64,000 bases of DNA, taken from positions 737,001 through 801,000 of the forward strand of contig ML992502.1 of the NCBI GenBank assembly GCA_010093995.1. The letters are read 5' to 3'. The position numbers were made by a program, and so were the translations under genes. Origin of the DNA: Elsinoe ampelina. Lineage: Eukaryota. Below the pieces are notes generated by a model. It was not told where the DNA came from. It saw only the letters and a list, made by a program, of their open reading frames with translations, and made no database searches. Of the stretch, positions 61,658-64,000 are shown one piece after another (positions within the stretch are counted from its first letter, which is position 1; each line of letters opens with the position of its first letter).

Positions 61658-63254
61658 ATGGCGGAAACGATGAACGAGAAGACGGCCCACGACACCTTGT
61701 CTACTGCTGACTCGGACACTCCCATCGTCCGCCCCGCGGGATGGAAGTACAAGCAGTTCAAGATCGGACCCGTCACGCTTCCGTGGTATGCCTCTCCACC
61801 CACGCAGCTGGCGCTCATCGCGTTCGTTTGCTTCATGTGTCCCGGCATGTATAATGCTCTCGGTGGCATGGGAGGCGGTGGTCAGATAGATCCTGTCGCT
61901 GCTGACCACGCAAACGTTGCTGTCTATTCCACATTTGCTGTAATCGGTAAGCACGCGACCTGCTCAGTCTAAGTAATCATGACTGACATGGGCAGGATTC
62001 TTTGCTGGCTCGTTCGTCAATACGGTCGGTATCAAGGTCTCCCTTGCATTTGGAGGTCTTGGTTACACCATCTATGTCGCCTCCATGCTTTGCTACACCC
62101 ACACCCAAAACCAGGGCTTCACCATCTTCGCTGGAGCTTTGCTCGGTGCTTGTGCTGGTATTCTCTGGAGTGCTCAGGGCGCTATCATGTTGGCGTACCC
62201 ACCCGAGGAGTCCAAGGGCAAGTACATCTCCTGGTTCTGGATGATCTTCAATATGGGAGGTGTCATTGGCAGTTTGGCAAGATCGCCATGTCGCGCGGAC
62301 TCGGCCAGAGCTAATAATTACCAGATCCCTCTTGGTCAGAACATCAACACAACGACCAACTCGACAGTCTCTGACGGCACTTATATTGGCTTCATTGTTC
62401 TCACCTTTATTGGAGCTTGCCTTGCTTTGACTCTCGTCGACGCGAAGAGCGTGATCCGTAAGGACGGCTCGAAGATCATCCTCATGAAGAACCCAACCTG
62501 GCAATCCGAACTTCTCGGTCTCTGGGAGTCTATCCGATCTGACCCATACATCATCTGCCTCTTCCCCATGTTCTTCGCTAGCAACTGGTTCTATACGTAC
62601 CAGTTCAACGGAGTCAACCTTGCTCGCTTCAACACCCGCACCCGTGCTCTCAACAACGTACTCTACTGGTTTTCGCAGATAATAGGTGCGTTCATCTTTG
62701 GGTACGGCCTCGACGTTCAAGCCCTGCGCCGATCAGTTCGCGCTAAGATCGCATGGATCGCGCTTTTTGTCATCACCATGGTTGTATGGGGAGGTGGCTT
62801 TGCGTTCCAGAATGGTATCGACCGTGACATTACGGATGTCGAGGGCTATATCAAGATGGACTGGACTACCACGGGATACGTCGGTCCCATGTTCCTCTAC
62901 ATCTTCTACGGCATTTATGACGCGGCCTGGCAGACGTGCGTATACTGGTTCATAGGAAGTCTTACCAACAACTCACGCAAGATCGCCAACTTTGCTGGGT
63001 TCTACAAGGGCATTCAGTCTACAGGCGCGGCAATCATCTGGAGGCTTGATGCCCTCAAGATTCCGTATATGAACGAGTTCGCTTCGTGCTGGGCACTTCT
63101 GGCCGGGAGTCTGCTCATCGCAGCACCAGTCATCTACGTCCGTATCAAGGATCACGTTGACTTGGAGGAGGACTTGAAGTTTTCCGATGAGACAAAGGCT
63201 GAAGTAGTCGCTCATGGTGGGACAAAATCAGCGGATGATCACGAGCTCGCATGA
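61658..63254 (+). CDS. UNC-93-like MFS transporter (Ngt1 GlcNAc-transporter-like)
   Basis: CFMCPGMYNALGGMGGGG, WSAQGAIMLAYP, PMFFASNWFYTYQFN, FNTRTRALN and FAGFYKGIQS; introns at 61947-61995 and probably 62277-62324. Confidence 0.9.
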
Positions 63255-64000
63255 ATTGATTAAGGAGACCAGAGACTTGAGCGCCTTGCAATGACCGACA
63301 CGAGTTTGCTTTCCGGATCTGTATCACCATATGTGCTTCAATATCACGAGCTTTATTACATCCCTTCCTTCGTGCCGTTAGATCGTTCTGTCCCGCTCGC
63401 TGACACTGATCATCTGCTTGTCGATCGCCGCGCTACTGTGCCCGAGTTGCAGCACGTCAGACCTTGCATTTGGCCATGTTCAGGCCACTTGCACCCCGCT
63501 CTGCAACAACCAGTCGACTGATAAAAACTCGTGCATATTTTGTTGGCTCTAGAGTAAGACGGAAGGAAACGGATAGCCGCAGGATGATCACACTTGGTCT
63601 TGGTTGCGGCGAGACGAGACGAACGGAAGTGATGGGCAGCACAGACTTTCATCCACCAAAGATCCACCTTTGGTAAAAGATGGTGGGGGCTTCCGATGTA
63701 ACCTCGACCTGTCCAACGATATTGTTATTATCTCCCACCGCGGGATAATCAACCCCGAACGACGAATCCAATGGACTAGAGCTCCGACATACGGTCATTA
63801 CCGCTACTGCACGCGCTCCGATGCAGCATTGAGGCGCGTCCCACTACTCTGGTGTACGGCCTTCAAATCCGGAACGTCAACTCTAATCAGACCCGCCGAA
63901 TGGAACCTCAGAAGTCAACATCGCCCCAGCACAGTAGCAACAAGCTCGTCGTGGTCAGACTCTGCAGCAAATGGACACGTGCCAGGCCATGACAGACCTT

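Overview
Filamentous ascomycete (Pezizomycotina) genomic DNA. Two AT-rich blocks mutated by repeat-induced point mutation (RIP; 1-8133 and 40533-57805) flank or split GC-balanced gene-rich DNA. The left block holds a chromovirus Ty3/Gypsy copy with a 463-bp LTR and the 3' end of a second element with a 142-bp LTR. The right block is a three-level nest: a TA-flanked DD34E Tc1/IS630-type DNA transposon with 40-bp perfect TIRs and a second ORF, containing a Gypsy copy (TSD ATTGT), which itself contains another copy of the same Gypsy family inserted just after the RT YLDD codons. The genes are a secreted Ser/Thr-rich protein, a GIY-YIG-like orphan, a conserved membrane protein, an intradiol dioxygenase, an MBOAT, a DUF3292-type protein, a CoA-transferase III, LYS1, ARL1, ARP8, an Ngs1-type GH3-GNAT, a carbonyl reductase, a PHD protein, BRF1, an XprG/RON1/VIB-1-type Ndt80 factor and an UNC-93/Ngt1-like MFS transporter. 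The most striking observation is a tRNA-Thr(CGT) gene (14087-13894, minus strand) that only forms a cloverleaf after removal of two spliceosomal-type GT-AG introns plus one canonical tRNA intron. Also notable are an antisense Zn2Cys6-like ORF in the Gypsy family and a probable GlcNAc cluster split by the transposon nest. All alignments, translations and de-RIP reconstructions were done by eye; no database searches were run.
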